64,000 nucleotides of DNA, taken from positions 345,454 through 409,453 of the forward strand of contig DATKIP010000093.1 in NCBI GenBank assembly GCA_035544015.1, in the 5' to 3' direction. This document shows positions 1-10,127 of this stretch, piece by piece. This stretch comes from Candidatus Saccharimonadia bacterium. Its GTDB lineage: Bacteria > Patescibacteriota > Saccharimonadia > UBA4664. Numbering within the stretch: the first letter of the stretch is position 1; each line of letters starts with the position of its first letter. The notes under the pieces are model-generated. The model did no database searches, was not told where the DNA came from, and saw only the letters and a list, made by a program, of their open reading frames with translations. The position numbers were made by a program, and so were the translations under genes.

Positions 1-1
1 C

Positions 2-457
2 GAAAAGCCCGAAATAACACCGGTAAGCGCCCCGACTCCCAGCGGCAAAATAGGGGAGTTATCGGAAGAGGATTTAGCCCAAACCAAACAAGCCGTCACC
101 GCTGCAATGCGCCATATCAAAGCCTATTCAGGACCATCTCGAACTTGGTTCGCCTATCAAGGATCGCTACAAGAGGGTTGCTATCGACTGTCGGACATTG
201 TGTCAAAACTGCCCATAAGCCCACAGGCAGCCAAATTACTCGTAGACATTCTGCTCCGGCTCGATCGCAAACTCATGACCGGCGGGGTTGATGATTCCGA
301 TGGTACCGTCGGCTCGTTCATAGAAGACACGGTTATCGTGCTGAAGCATTTTGTCTACCTAGACCCCAATTGTAAATCAACATTATACCGCCTGACCTAC
401 CGTCCCACCTGCTTTGATTGGGAGGTCCCTCTGGTGGAACTGCTAAACGAGCGATGA
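2..457 (+). CDS. hypothetical protein, C-terminal part (5' end outside window)
   Basis: The reading frame is open from the window edge (no stop between positions 2 and 106 in the frame of the 107..457 ORF). No family recognised. Confidence 0.35.
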   Translation, partial: EKPEITPVSAPTPSGKIGELSEEDLAQTKQAVTAAMRHIKAYSGPSRTWFAYQGSLQEGCYRLSDIVSKLPISPQAAKLLVDILLRLDRKLMTGGVDDSDGTVGSFIEDTVIVLKHFVYLDPNCKSTLYRLTYRPTCFDWEVPLVELLNER

Positions 458-605
458 GGCTCGGCTGACTCCACTCCTGCCCTCATACTGGCCCATCCGG
501 CACGCGGGATCGAAAGAGAGCAGGAGTACTTCCGCGACGTCTAACCGCAACAGGCACCCCGGGTCGGCCCACCCGCCGACCCGGGAGCACCGCCCTTATT
601 CAAAA

Positions 606-640
606 AACAACCCACAAGCCATGGGTTGTTTTTATTTTTG
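606..640. terminator. bidirectional rho-independent terminator
   Basis: Stem caaccca/tgggttg with a loop, flanked by an A-run upstream and a T-run downstream. Lies between the convergent + ORF (ends 457) and the minus-strand tRNA (ends 657). Confidence 0.6.
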
Positions 641-656
641 AGCCAAAATAATACCT

Positions 657-733
657 TGGTAGTCCCGAGGGGATTCGAACCCCTGATCTCCTCCGTGAGA
701 GGGAGGCATCCTAGGCCGCTAGACGACGGGACC
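657..733 (-). tRNA. tRNA-Glu (anticodon CTC), 77 nt with encoded CCA
   Basis: Reverse complement reads GGTCCCGTCGTCTAGCGGCCTAGGATGCCTCCCTCTCACGGAGGAGATCAGGGGTTCGAATCCCCTCGGGACTACCA. It has a 7-bp acceptor stem (one G-U), anticodon stem CCTCC/GGAGG, loop CTCTCAC with U33 and A37, T-loop GGTTCGAATCC, and discriminator A plus CCA. Confidence 0.85.
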
Positions 734-831
734 ACATAAAAGACCGTATGAATATAGCAGGAAACAAGCGTTTTGTCCACCTCGACACCGGCCGAGCAGA
801 GTCTCGACACTCGGACGCTCCCAGTACATAT

Positions 832-904
832 TATCAACGGAATCCGAGGAAAACGGAGATGGATCCTGCTTACAAATACATAAAATCCTCGGATTCCGTT
901 GATA
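832..904. repeat. palindromic repeat element copy 1 (19-bp perfect inverted arms tatcAACGGAATCCGAGGA / TCCTCGGATTCCGTTgata around a 35-nt loop)
   Basis: Seen directly in sequence. The same arm core recurs at 35322..35393. Confidence 0.6.
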
Positions 905-1040
905 ATAGGGAACAGACGCAACCCCCGGGACGAGCCCCAGCCCCACCCAGCGCACACCCACCCCCTGCGCTTGCGAGCCCGGCCCCGAGCGGGCATAATT
1001 AACCACAAGCATAATTGTGTGTTGATGCGCGTATGAACCC

Positions 1041-2831
1041 ATGACCGACCAGCGAACCCGCAGCCTAACCATCCTCGCCCGACTCCAAGCCGCCCTCGGA
1101 GCCGGTATAGCCGTGATTGTGTTTGGGCTCTACGGCCTCGTGCCCAACCTCCTCACCGACACCACCCTTTCGCTTACCGCCGCCATTTTGGGCGCGTTTG
1201 CCGCCGTTTATTTCGGCACGTTGCACCAAATTTTCAAATTCAGCAAACTCGCCCTATCCACGCTGGCACTGAGCATCATCACCGGCATGAATCTCGTACT
1301 CGTCATTACCTCCACCGGCGGGCTCGACTCACCGTTTTACGCCTTCTGGATTCTAGCCATCGTGGTAGCCGGAATCTTTGGCGTCGTCGAGATCATTTTG
1401 GTCGGCAGCCTCACGGTAGGGTACTACGCCTACGAAATTTTCCACGGCGGGCTCCACTCCCAGTACCTCACCGACCACCTCATCGAATTTGGCCTCACGC
1501 TCGCCGCCGCCGGCCTCGCGCAATGGGTGCACATCCGCACCCGCAACGCCGCCGTCGCCACCAGCAAAATCGCCAAGCTCTCCGGCCAGCTCAGCACCGA
1601 GCAAATCAAAGCCGACGCCATCGTTTCGAGCATTGGTGAGGGCGTAATGGTAGTCGACAGCCTACGCCGCATCCAAGTCTTCAACAAAGCCGCCCAAAAC
1701 CTGTCCGGCTGGGACGAATCCAGCGCCCAAAACATCGACTACAATCTGGTATTGCAGCTGCGCACCACCGACGATCAACCCCTCAACGACCTCAACGACC
1801 CGTTCAACGAAGCTTGGCGCAAACAAGCCGAAATCGTCCACGACAATCTCACCACCACCACGCGCAGCGGGCACAAAATTCAACTCAGCCTCTCGATTTC
1901 ACCGCTCTTCGACGACCATGGCGCGCCCAGCGGCGCCATCGCCCTCTTCCGCGACATCAGCAAAGAAAAAGAAGTCGAACGCCAAAAAGACGAGTTTGTG
2001 AGCACCGCCAGCCACGAAATGCGCACCCCCGTAGCCGCTATCGAAGGCTACATTTCGCTCGCCATGAACGCTAATGTAGCCACCGTCGATGACCGTGCCA
2101 AAAAATACCTCGGCAAAGCCCACGACACCATCCAGCATCTCGGCGAGCTCTTCCGCGACCTGCTCAGCGTCACCAAGGCCGAGGAAGGCCAGCTCGGCGG
2201 CCACATCGACGCCATCAACCTTGGCGAGCTCGTCCAAAGCACCGTCGACGACATGCAATTTACCATCCAAAAGAAAAACCTCACCCTGGTATACCAAATC
2301 GGCGGCCAATCCGGCAAAGCCATTGCCCCGCTCTACTACGTAGCCGCCAACCCCGAGCGCCTGCGCGAAGTACTCATGAACCTCATCGACAACGCCGGCA
2401 AATTCACTACCGAGGGCGGCATCAAGGTCACCCTCGAAGGCAACGAAAAAGAGGCCACGGTGGGAATCAGCGACACCGGCGTCGGCATCGCCCCCGAAGA
2501 CATCGGCCACCTGTTCCAAAAATTTTACCGCATCGACAACTCTGCCACCCGCACCATCGGCGGCACCGGCCTCGGTCTCTATCTCTGCCGCCGCGTCATT
2601 GAGCTCTTCAACGGCCGCATCTGGGTAGAATCCAAGGTAGGGGAGGGGAGCACGTTCCGCTTCACCCTGCCACGGCTCACCGACGCTGAAATCACCAAAA
2701 TTAAGCTGGCGGCCACCGCCACCACGCCCGGAGTCACCACCCCGGGCGTTGATTCCATTGCCGCACCCGCCGCCATACCAGCCCCAGCCGCGCATCCCGC
2801 CAGCTCAACCAGCAATCGGCGAATACGTTGA
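1041..2831 (+). CDS. membrane sensor histidine kinase (multi-TM N-terminus, PAS, HisKA, HATPase_c)
   Basis: Hydrophobic N-terminal ~160 aa. H-box SHEMRTPVAAIEGY, N-box LIDNAGKFT, G-boxes DTGVGI and GGTGLGL. C-terminal Pro/Ala-rich tail. Confidence 0.85.
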   Translation: MTDQRTRSLTILARLQAALGAGIAVIVFGLYGLVPNLLTDTTLSLTAAILGAFAAVYFGTLHQIFKFSKLALSTLALSIITGMNLVLVITSTGGLDSPFYAFWILAIVVAGIFGVVEIILVGSLTVGYYAYEIFHGGLHSQYLTDHLIEFGLTLAAAGLAQWVHIRTRNAAVATSKIAKLSGQLSTEQIKADAIVSSIGEGVMVVDSLRRIQVFNKAAQNLSGWDESSAQNIDYNLVLQLRTTDDQPLNDLNDPFNEAWRKQAEIVHDNLTTTTRSGHKIQLSLSISPLFDDHGAPSGAIALFRDISKEKEVERQKDEFVSTASHEMRTPVAAIEGYISLAMNANVATVDDRAKKYLGKAHDTIQHLGELFRDLLSVTKAEEGQLGGHIDAINLGELVQSTVDDMQFTIQKKNLTLVYQIGGQSGKAIAPLYYVAANPERLREVLMNLIDNAGKFTTEGGIKVTLEGNEKEATVGISDTGVGIAPEDIGHLFQKFYRIDNSATRTIGGTGLGLYLCRRVIELFNGRIWVESKVGEGSTFRFTLPRLTDAEITKIKLAATATTPGVTTPGVDSIAAPAAIPAPAAHPASSTSNRRIR

Positions 2832-2888
2832 TCCCGATTGGACCAACCCCCTTGCCAAGCATAAGACGAATAGTCTAGACTAGATACA

Positions 2889-3263
2889 ATGGCAAAAATC
2901 CTGTTAGTCGAAGATGATGTCAACCTTCGTGAGATATATTCGGCCCGGTTTGCGGCCGAGTCATATGAGGTGATCACAGCCTCCGACGGCGAAGAAGCTC
3001 TCGCTACCTCGGTGCGCGAACGGCCCGACCTCATCGTGCTCGACGTCATGATGCCCAAAATATCCGGCTTTGACGTTCTCGACATCATTCGCTCCACCCC
3101 CGAAACCAAAGACACCAAAGTCATCATGATGACCGCCCTCAGCCAAGAAACCGACCGCCAGCGCGGCGAAGCCCTGGGCGCCAACAAATACCTGATCAAA
3201 TCTCAGGTGACCCTCGAAGATGTAGTTAATTCGGTAAGAGAAATTCTCGGCGCCGCCAAGTAA
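2889..3263 (+). CDS. single-domain (REC-only, CheY-like) response regulator
   Basis: LLVEDD...DLIVLDVMMPKISGFDVL...KYLIKS receiver motifs and no output domain. Directly downstream of the HK. Paralogous to 42733..43125 and 52208..52615. Confidence 0.85.
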   Translation: MAKILLVEDDVNLREIYSARFAAESYEVITASDGEEALATSVRERPDLIVLDVMMPKISGFDVLDIIRSTPETKDTKVIMMTALSQETDRQRGEALGANKYLIKSQVTLEDVVNSVREILGAAK

Positions 3264-3272
3264 GGAGCGTCC

Positions 3273-3974
3273 ATGAGCCATACGGTTGCAGTTGGCGAAT
3301 TTGAGGGACCGCTCGGCGTGCTACTCGATCTGGTCGAGCGCAACCAACTCGAAGTCTCGCGCATCTCAGTCGGACGCATCACTACCAATTATCTCGAACA
3401 CGTCCACCAATTAGCCAATGTCGGTCCCGAAGAACTCAGTGAATTCCTCCAACTCGGCGCCCGCCTGCTCTACATCAAGAGCCTGGCCCTCCTTCCGCAA
3501 ACAGATTCCGACGAACAAACCCGCGAGCTCCAACAACTAAGCTTGGAGCTCGATGAATACCGCCGCTTCCAAGCCGCCGCCAAACTCCTGGCCTCACGCG
3601 GCTCACAGCGCACCTGGCAGCGGCCGGCCAGCCCCCGCCGGTCCGGCGCCGATCAGCCGCTGCCAGCACTCAGCCTCGATCAACTCGCCGAAGCCTTTAG
3701 CCGGGCGCTCAAATTCGCCCCGGCCGTACCCCGCCACACCGCACTCCAACCCCACTTGAGCCTCGAAACCGTCACGGCCAAGCTCCACCGAAAACTGCCC
3801 GCCGGCTTCGATCTTCATACTATCATCGAAGGCTGCCGCGACCGGCTCGAAGTCGTCGTCACGTTTCTCGCCCTCCTGGAGCTCATTCGCAACGGCGCCG
3901 CCTACGTCATCCAGGCCGGCCAATTCGATCCCATCCGCGTCGAAGCCGCCTCTGCAAAGGTCGCTCATGAGTAA
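3273..3974 (+). CDS. scpA: segregation and condensation protein A
   Basis: ScpA-like length and sequence. Overlaps scpB start by 8 nt (operon). Confidence 0.75.
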   Translation: MSHTVAVGEFEGPLGVLLDLVERNQLEVSRISVGRITTNYLEHVHQLANVGPEELSEFLQLGARLLYIKSLALLPQTDSDEQTRELQQLSLELDEYRRFQAAAKLLASRGSQRTWQRPASPRRSGADQPLPALSLDQLAEAFSRALKFAPAVPRHTALQPHLSLETVTAKLHRKLPAGFDLHTIIEGCRDRLEVVVTFLALLELIRNGAAYVIQAGQFDPIRVEAASAKVAHE

Positions 3975-4482
3975 CCTCAACCTTGATGCGCTCATCGAAG
4001 CCGTGCTTTTTAGCACCCATGAGCCCCTCACGATGGCCCAGCTCGCCACCATAACTGGCGCCGACACCGACGCCATCCCCGGCGCGCTGGAAAGCCTCAA
4101 AGGCCGGCTTACGGGCGGCATCCGGCTGGCTCATTCCGGCGACACCTTCCGCCTCGTCACCGCCCCCGAAGCCGCACCAGTCATCCAGGCGTTTCTCGAT
4201 GACACGCAGCGCCAAGACCTCACCCGGCCGGCACTCGAAACCCTGGCAATCGTCGCCTACCGCGGACCCATCACCAAATCCCACATCGAGCACATCCGCG
4301 GCGTGGCCTCCGAAAGCATGCTGCGCAACCTCGTAGCGCGCGGCCTCGTAGCCGAAGCCGGCCGCAGCCCCGAGCCAGGCCGGCCGCAGCTCTACGCCGT
4401 CAGCCACACCTTCCTGCAGCATTTTGGTCTCACCAGCACCACCGACCTCCCGCCACTTCCCGCCGAAGAGCCGGCCGCGTGA
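3967..4482 (+). CDS. scpB: segregation and condensation protein B
   Basis: ScpB winged-helix family, ~170 aa, in scpA-scpB order. Confidence 0.75.
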   Translation: MSNLNLDALIEAVLFSTHEPLTMAQLATITGADTDAIPGALESLKGRLTGGIRLAHSGDTFRLVTAPEAAPVIQAFLDDTQRQDLTRPALETLAIVAYRGPITKSHIEHIRGVASESMLRNLVARGLVAEAGRSPEPGRPQLYAVSHTFLQHFGLTSTTDLPPLPAEEPAA

Positions 4483-5165
4483 GAGTTAACCAGTTTGTGG
4501 CCGCCGGCTCTGGTCTCTCGCGCCGCGCCGCCGATACCGCCATCGCCGCCGGACGCGTACTCGTAAACGGGGAGGCCGCCGGCTTGGGACAGCCCATAGC
4601 CCTCGCCGACACCGTTACGCTCGACGGCACCCCGCTCACACTCCCCGCCAATCACACCTACATCATGCTCAATAAACCCGCCGGATACGTATCCAGCCGC
4701 GTTCGCCAGGGCTCAGGTCCCACCCTCTACGACCTACTCCCCGCCACCCACCATCACCTGCGCATCGCCGGCCGGCTCGACCGCGACTCCAGCGGACTCA
4801 TCATACTCACCGATGACGGCGCCTACATCCAGCAACTCACCCATCCCGGCGCCGGCAAATCCAAGCACTATGAACTCAAACTCGCCCGACCCCTCGCCGC
4901 CCCCGACGCCGCTGCTCTCGAACGCGGCGTCATGCTCGGCGACGGTCTCAGCCGAGTCAAAATCCTCAACCACCGCGGCCGGCACGTCACCGTCTCGCTC
5001 AGTGAAGGCCGCAATCGCCAACTCCGCCGCACCTTCGGGGCCCTCGGCTACACGGTCGAGCGGCTCCACCGCACCAAACTCGGGCCATTTGACCTACACG
5101 ACCTCCCTCCGGGAAAATGGATCAAGACCGATCATGCCGATCACTTCGAGGAACCACACCCATGA
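4479..5165 (+). CDS. rluB: rRNA pseudouridine synthase (RsuA/RluB family)
   Basis: N-terminal S4 domain (RVNQFVAAGSGLSRR...). Catalytic motif GRLDRDSSGLIILTDDG. Start overlaps the scpB stop. Confidence 0.8.
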   Translation: MRVNQFVAAGSGLSRRAADTAIAAGRVLVNGEAAGLGQPIALADTVTLDGTPLTLPANHTYIMLNKPAGYVSSRVRQGSGPTLYDLLPATHHHLRIAGRLDRDSSGLIILTDDGAYIQQLTHPGAGKSKHYELKLARPLAAPDAAALERGVMLGDGLSRVKILNHRGRHVTVSLSEGRNRQLRRTFGALGYTVERLHRTKLGPFDLHDLPPGKWIKTDHADHFEEPHP

Positions 5166-6082
5166 AATCCATCACTCTCGCCCTCATGCTAGCCCTACAG
5201 GCCACCGGGCTCTGGAGCCACCTCTCCGCCCCCAGCCGTGCCCACCTTGCCGCCAAGGCCTCCGGTGTCACGGCGCCAGCGACACTGCCCATCACACCGC
5301 CCCCGGCGCCGCTCGTGCCCCTGCCGGTTCGCGGTCCCGCCGGCGCCGAGCCCCATCTGGGCGTCGCCTCGGCCTTTGCCATTGACCGCGACACCGCCAC
5401 CGTCCTGTACGCCCAGAATAGCGGCGCCCACCGGCCCATCGCTAGCGTCACCAAGCTCATTACCGCTCTCGTGATTCTCTCGCGCCATGATCCCACCGAG
5501 ACCATCACTCTCCCCAAACTACCCGATTATCCCCCCGAAGCCGAAACTATTGGCCTTGTTTCCGGCGACACCTTCACGCTCCAGCAAATCCTCGAAGCCG
5601 CCCTGGTGCCCTCGGCCAACGACGCCGCCGACGCCATGGCCATCTGGGACGCCGGCTCCGTAGCCAAATTCACCACCCGCATGAACGCCAAAATGGCCGA
5701 ATGGGGGATCAGCGACACCCATTTCGCCAGCGCCAGTGGCCTCCAAGACTCCGGCAACTACGCCTCCGCCGCGGCGCTCGCCAAAATGGCCGGCTTAGCT
5801 CTGCACAACCCCACCATCGTCAGCATCATCAACAACCCCAACATGACCATCGCGAGCCGCCAAGGCCGCACCTACACCGCCGCTTCCACCAACGAACTCT
5901 TGGATTCTGGTGGGTTTTATGGTATAAAGACGGGGTACACGCTAGCCGCCGGCGAATGCTTCGTCGGCCTTACTCGTATTAAGGGTCATGAAATCATCAC
6001 GGTGGTACTCGGCTCGGATGATCGCTTCGGCTCTACTGTCATACTAACCAATTGGATTGCACGAACTTGGCAATGGCTCTAA
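5162..6082 (+). CDS. D-alanyl-D-alanine carboxypeptidase (S11, PBP5-like)
   Basis: Signal peptide MKSITLALMLALQA. SxxK (SVTKL), SxN (SAND) and KTG (KTGYT) motifs. Start ATG 5162 chosen within the longer 5117 ORF. Confidence 0.75.
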   Translation: MKSITLALMLALQATGLWSHLSAPSRAHLAAKASGVTAPATLPITPPPAPLVPLPVRGPAGAEPHLGVASAFAIDRDTATVLYAQNSGAHRPIASVTKLITALVILSRHDPTETITLPKLPDYPPEAETIGLVSGDTFTLQQILEAALVPSANDAADAMAIWDAGSVAKFTTRMNAKMAEWGISDTHFASASGLQDSGNYASAAALAKMAGLALHNPTIVSIINNPNMTIASRQGRTYTAASTNELLDSGGFYGIKTGYTLAAGECFVGLTRIKGHEIITVVLGSDDRFGSTVILTNWIARTWQWL

Positions 6083-6233
6083 CTCCGAACATTTTACGTG
6101 GCTTACGCCTTCCCGATAGGCTCGGTGTTTTTAGCTCATATATGGTATCAGACCAATCTCATATATGGTATAAATTCGCCTATGCATACAAAGGGGTAGT
6201 ATTCTCCACCGATGCCACCCTGAGAGGCAGCCT

Positions 6234-7616
6234 ATGAGCACCCCCCTCGTCGCCATCGTCGGCCGGCCCAACGTCGGCAAATCCAGCCTGTTCAACCGGC
6301 TCATCGGCACCCGACGCGCCATCACCCACGACACGCCCGGCACCACCCGCGACGCCAATTACGGTCAGATAGCGTGGCGTGGCAAACATTTCACACTCGT
6401 CGACACCGCGGGCCTATCCAAAGGCGCCGGCGATATTGAGCTCCAAGCCCAAGACCAGATCCGCCAAATGGCCAAGGCCGCCAGCGTCATCGTCGTGGTC
6501 GTCGACGCCGCCACCATGATCACCGCCGACGACCAAACCGCCGCGCGCCTAGCGCTCAAATCCGGCAAACCAGTCATCCTGGCCCTCGGCAAGGTCGACA
6601 CGGCCGCCGGCGCCGAGCTCGAAGCCTGGCGCCGTCTGGGCATCCCCACCGTCATCGGCGTGTCGGCCATCCATGGCCGCGGCACCGGCGACCTGCTCGA
6701 CGCCATCACCGAGCTCATCACCGACGCCCCCGAGCCCGACGCCGCCGCGCCCCTCAAGCTCGCGCTCGTCGGCCGGCCCAACGTCGGCAAATCCAGCCTG
6801 CTCAACGCCCTCATCGGCAAGCAAAAAGCCGTCGTATCCGCCACCCCCGGCACCACCCGCGACGTCGCCTCCGAAATCATCAAATACAAAGGCCGCGAAA
6901 TCGAGCTGCTCGACACCGCCGGCATCCGCCGCCGCGGCCGGATCGAAAAGGGGATTGAGAAATTCAGCGCCCTGCGCACCCTCAACGCCATCCACGAAGC
7001 CGATGTTTGCGTGCTCGTGATGGACGGCATCGAAGGCCAAGTCGCCGGCGACCTCAATCTCGCCGGGCAAATCCTCGACGCCGGCAAAGGCCTCATCATC
7101 GCCATGAACAAATGGGACGCCGTACCCGACAAAGACGACAAAACCCAAGACCGCCTCACCGTGCTCCTGCGCAACGAATTCCAATTCGCCTGGTGGGCAC
7201 CGCTCGTTTACACCTCGGCCACCCATGGCCTACACGTGAACCAGCTCATGGAGCTGGCCGTCCAGATCGACGAACGCCGCCGCACCGAGGTCCCCACCGG
7301 CCCCTTCAACCGCCTCATTGAAAAGCTCGTCACCAAGCAGCCGCCGTCCGGCCTCAAAGGCCGCCTGCCCAAAATCAACTATGGCACCCAAACCGGTGCC
7401 CAACCACCCACCTTCACCTTCTTCACTACCTACCCCGATCTCATTCATTTCGGTTATCGCCGCTATCTCGAAAACAACATCCGCACCGAGTGGGACTTCG
7501 GCGGCACCCCCATCCGCCTCGAATTCCGCCACAAGCACGGCGACGACATCCGTCGCGGCGGCGGTAGCGGGAAGAGCAAGGGCTTTAAAGTCGAAAAACT
7601 CAGGAAAACTCCGTGA
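6234..7616 (+). CDS. der: ribosome-associated GTPase Der/EngA (tandem GTPase domains plus KH-like C-terminus)
   Basis: Two G1 motifs GRPNVGKSSL, two DTAG G3 motifs and NKxD motifs. Confidence 0.9.
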   Translation: MSTPLVAIVGRPNVGKSSLFNRLIGTRRAITHDTPGTTRDANYGQIAWRGKHFTLVDTAGLSKGAGDIELQAQDQIRQMAKAASVIVVVVDAATMITADDQTAARLALKSGKPVILALGKVDTAAGAELEAWRRLGIPTVIGVSAIHGRGTGDLLDAITELITDAPEPDAAAPLKLALVGRPNVGKSSLLNALIGKQKAVVSATPGTTRDVASEIIKYKGREIELLDTAGIRRRGRIEKGIEKFSALRTLNAIHEADVCVLVMDGIEGQVAGDLNLAGQILDAGKGLIIAMNKWDAVPDKDDKTQDRLTVLLRNEFQFAWWAPLVYTSATHGLHVNQLMELAVQIDERRRTEVPTGPFNRLIEKLVTKQPPSGLKGRLPKINYGTQTGAQPPTFTFFTTYPDLIHFGYRRYLENNIRTEWDFGGTPIRLEFRHKHGDDIRRGGGSGKSKGFKVEKLRKTP

Positions 7617-8242
7617 AACTCATCATCGGTCTCGGCAACATTGGCAAACGTTACGCCCACACCCGCCACAACCTCGGCTTCATGGTCACAGACGAGCTCG
7701 CCAAAAAGCTCCAATCTACCCAGATCCACGAATTCAACTCTTCACTAATCGGCAAAATCAGCCCGCCCTCCGTCACCCCCCAGTGGCGCCAAGAGCCCAA
7801 ACTCCAAGCCGAAGTAGCCGAATTTACCCTTGCCGAAGACAAAATCATCCTGGCCAAGCCTCAGACCATGATGAACCTCTCCGGCGAAGCCGTGCAGCGC
7901 CTGATGCAAAAATACCGCGCCCGCCCCGCCGATGTCTGGGTGATCTTCGACGACCTCGACGTCCCCTTTGGCCGCCTGCGCATCCGCACCGCCGGCACCT
8001 CCGGCAGCGGCCACCAGGGCGTAAACTCCATCATGAGCCACATCGGCGCCGACTTCGTGCGCGTCAAAGTCGGCATCAGTCTCAACGACCGCACCACCGA
8101 ACCCAGCGAGGTGTATGTGCTCAAACCCTTCACACCCGATGAGCAAGCCAAATTACCCATACTTATCACCACCGCCGCTAGCGTTGTCGCCGATCAATTA
8201 GACCACCCCACAGCCCCCGACACCACCTTCGACCTCGTGTAA
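7613..8242 (+). CDS. pth: peptidyl-tRNA hydrolase
   Basis: MKLIIGLGNIGKRYAHTRHNLGF signature. Overlapping start with der stop. Confidence 0.85.
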   Translation: MKLIIGLGNIGKRYAHTRHNLGFMVTDELAKKLQSTQIHEFNSSLIGKISPPSVTPQWRQEPKLQAEVAEFTLAEDKIILAKPQTMMNLSGEAVQRLMQKYRARPADVWVIFDDLDVPFGRLRIRTAGTSGSGHQGVNSIMSHIGADFVRVKVGISLNDRTTEPSEVYVLKPFTPDEQAKLPILITTAASVVADQLDHPTAPDTTFDLV

Positions 8243-8371
8243 AAAGGAAGCTGTACCGCGCCACTCCAACCTCGCTAGACAACCCCGCCATCAATCGCCA
8301 CAATAAAACAACGTCCCAAAGCCAAAAAGCGCACCTACACATCCCCACCCTCACACCCACTTGGAGCCCTC

Positions 8372-8860
8372 ATGCGAGCCCAAACCACCCGACGCCGCAG
8401 GCACCGCATAATAGCACTCGCAGTGCTACTCGGCTTCCTCAGCCTCGTCAGCCCCGGTGTCACCCACCTCCTGCCACCACGAACCGGCCAAGAAGAGGGT
8501 GGCAACAGCCAGCAATTCAAGCTCGTGGCCATGTGGCGACTGCCAGGTGGCGCCAAAGACATCCAATGGAGCGCGTCCCCCGATGGCGATCATGGCGGCG
8601 GCGCCGACCCCCAGGCCGACCGCAGCCAGGTCAAGAACCAATGGGAGCAGCCAGTCACTGCCCACGAGGGGCAGACGATTTCGTTCACCGTTTTTGCCCA
8701 TCCTGGAGCCAATAGCCGAGCCCACTTCATCTGGTGTTTGATCTTTCGAATACACCAATCACTCGGGGAAACCATCGAGGAACAAGTAAACGAAAACGAC
8801 ACCCGATGGCAACGAGTAGGACCTATCGTAAGCCTCCATTGCCATTGGATTGTGCTCTAG
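8372..8860 (+). CDS. small Cys-containing secreted/anchored protein, divergent outlying member of the 10-22 kb family
   Basis: Same N-terminal logic (MRAQTTRRRRHRIIALAVLLGFLSLV: basic stretch plus one hydrophobic helix). C-terminal Cys-hydrophobic motifs (WCLIFRI, HCHWIVL). Weak; could be non-coding. Confidence 0.3.
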   Translation: MRAQTTRRRRHRIIALAVLLGFLSLVSPGVTHLLPPRTGQEEGGNSQQFKLVAMWRLPGGAKDIQWSASPDGDHGGGADPQADRSQVKNQWEQPVTAHEGQTISFTVFAHPGANSRAHFIWCLIFRIHQSLGETIEEQVNENDTRWQRVGPIVSLHCHWIVL

Positions 8861-8939
8861 ACGGTCTGCTACAACAGCGCTGAGGCCGGGACGCCTTCGC
8901 ACCTGGGACGGCACCCAACATCGTGCCGTCCCAGGTGTC

Positions 8940-10100
8940 CTACCGCCGCGCCAGCACCCTCATTTCCGCCGGCCGCCCCAATACCTCGATCCCCGTCACT
9001 CGCCGTCGCACCACAAAACCCGGTTGCGACTTCAGTGCCCAATCCAGCACCCCCACCTCACTCGTGAGCACCACCACCAAACCGCCCGGGCGCACCACCC
9101 GTACCGCCTCGGCCAGCATCCCCCCGTACAACGCCGGCAAATCCTCAGGGCGACCAATTTGCTTTCCCCAAGGCAAATTTGTCACCAATTTATCCACCGA
9201 CGCGTCTTCCAGCGGCAGCTTGCGTGCATCCATGCGTTCAATGCGCACCGGTTTGTGGCGCGGGCCAAAATTAGCCACCGCCGCTTTTACCGCTCCTACG
9301 TCAATATCACCACCCAGCAGCAAACCATGCCGCCCCGCCAAAGCCCGCTCAAGCAATATTGTCCCCGTGCCGCACAACGGGTCCAAAAACACGTCATCGT
9401 CAGCCGGTTCGCTCAGCCGCACCATGGCTGCCGCAATCGTCGGCCGCAAGGCTGCCGCCCGCTCCACCGCCCGGCCGCCCCGAGCACGATTCACACCGCT
9501 CGTCAGACGCAAGCTCACGGTAAGGTTGCGACCAACCTGGTGCAGCCACACCTCAAACGGCGCTTCCCCTGCATTCAGCCGCCAACCCGGACGCGCCCGG
9601 CCCACCCCAGCCTCCGCCGCCCGCTGCAAATCCACCCGCCGATACCCGCGCCAAGCCGCATCATCCGCCTGCGCTACCACCCGAAACACCACTCGCGCCG
9701 GCGTCGGCCGGCCGGCCAGGTGGCCCTGCGCGCGCAGTGCCGACTCCCACACCTCAGGCCGCCCCAGCGCCGCCGTCACCGCCTTCAAATCCACCGTTTT
9801 GCCGCTCAACGGTATCGTTTCCACCACTACAAACACGTCCTCAACCAACCGTAGTCCCAGCAACCCAGCCGGATCACTCGTCTGCACCCACACCAGCTCA
9901 CTACCCCGCGCGCGGCCCGTCGCCACCGGCGCCAAACCCAAACGAGCCGCCATTTCCTCAACGACCAAAACCCTCAAACCCGGAAACATCGATACCAGAA
10001 GTTTCATACGCCTATCGTACATGAATTCACCACCAGACCCGATGCCAATTCGCAAAAAGCCTTTGCTATCGTAAAATTGTTTTGTCTCACGCCCTGCCAA
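8940..10100 (-). CDS. THUMP-domain RNA (guanine-N2) methyltransferase (RlmL/Trm14-like)
   Basis: SAM motif I LDPLCGTGTILLE and motif IV VTNLPWG. N-terminal THUMP-like region. Confidence 0.7.
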   Translation of the reverse strand: MAGRETKQFYDSKGFLRIGIGSGGEFMYDRRMKLLVSMFPGLRVLVVEEMAARLGLAPVATGRARGSELVWVQTSDPAGLLGLRLVEDVFVVVETIPLSGKTVDLKAVTAALGRPEVWESALRAQGHLAGRPTPARVVFRVVAQADDAAWRGYRRVDLQRAAEAGVGRARPGWRLNAGEAPFEVWLHQVGRNLTVSLRLTSGVNRARGGRAVERAAALRPTIAAAMVRLSEPADDDVFLDPLCGTGTILLERALAGRHGLLLGGDIDVGAVKAAVANFGPRHKPVRIERMDARKLPLEDASVDKLVTNLPWGKQIGRPEDLPALYGGMLAEAVRVVRPGGLVVVLTSEVGVLDWALKSQPGFVVRRRVTGIEVLGRPAEMRVLARR

Positions 10101-10127
10101 CCCGCCTACGCTCGAGGAAGAGGTTAC

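Noticed and set aside
748-1072. Short ORFs (84-155 aa, both strands) around the tRNA-Glu
   Set aside because: They overlap the tRNA and the palindromic repeat element. Composition is low-complexity. The region is best explained as intergenic.
1899-2795. 298-aa antisense ORF inside the histidine kinase gene. Similar long antisense or off-frame ORFs occur at 6365-7174, 6549-7226, 8850-9854, 8923-10074, 17210-18130, 19313-19996, 25059-25868, 29455-30159, 33646-34347, 41033-41764, 44272-45147, 46532-47233, 50826-51581, 56267-57271 and 60701-62218.
   Set aside because: High-GC genomes generate long stop-free frames on the antisense and shifted frames. These translate to Gly/Ala/Arg/Pro-rich low-complexity sequence and overlap strongly supported genes.
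8426-8758. Minus-strand 110-aa ORF opposite the 8372 candidate
   Set aside because: It overlaps the + strand candidate, which shows the family's N-terminal and C-terminal hallmarks. No RBS or start context was evident. Neither call is strong.
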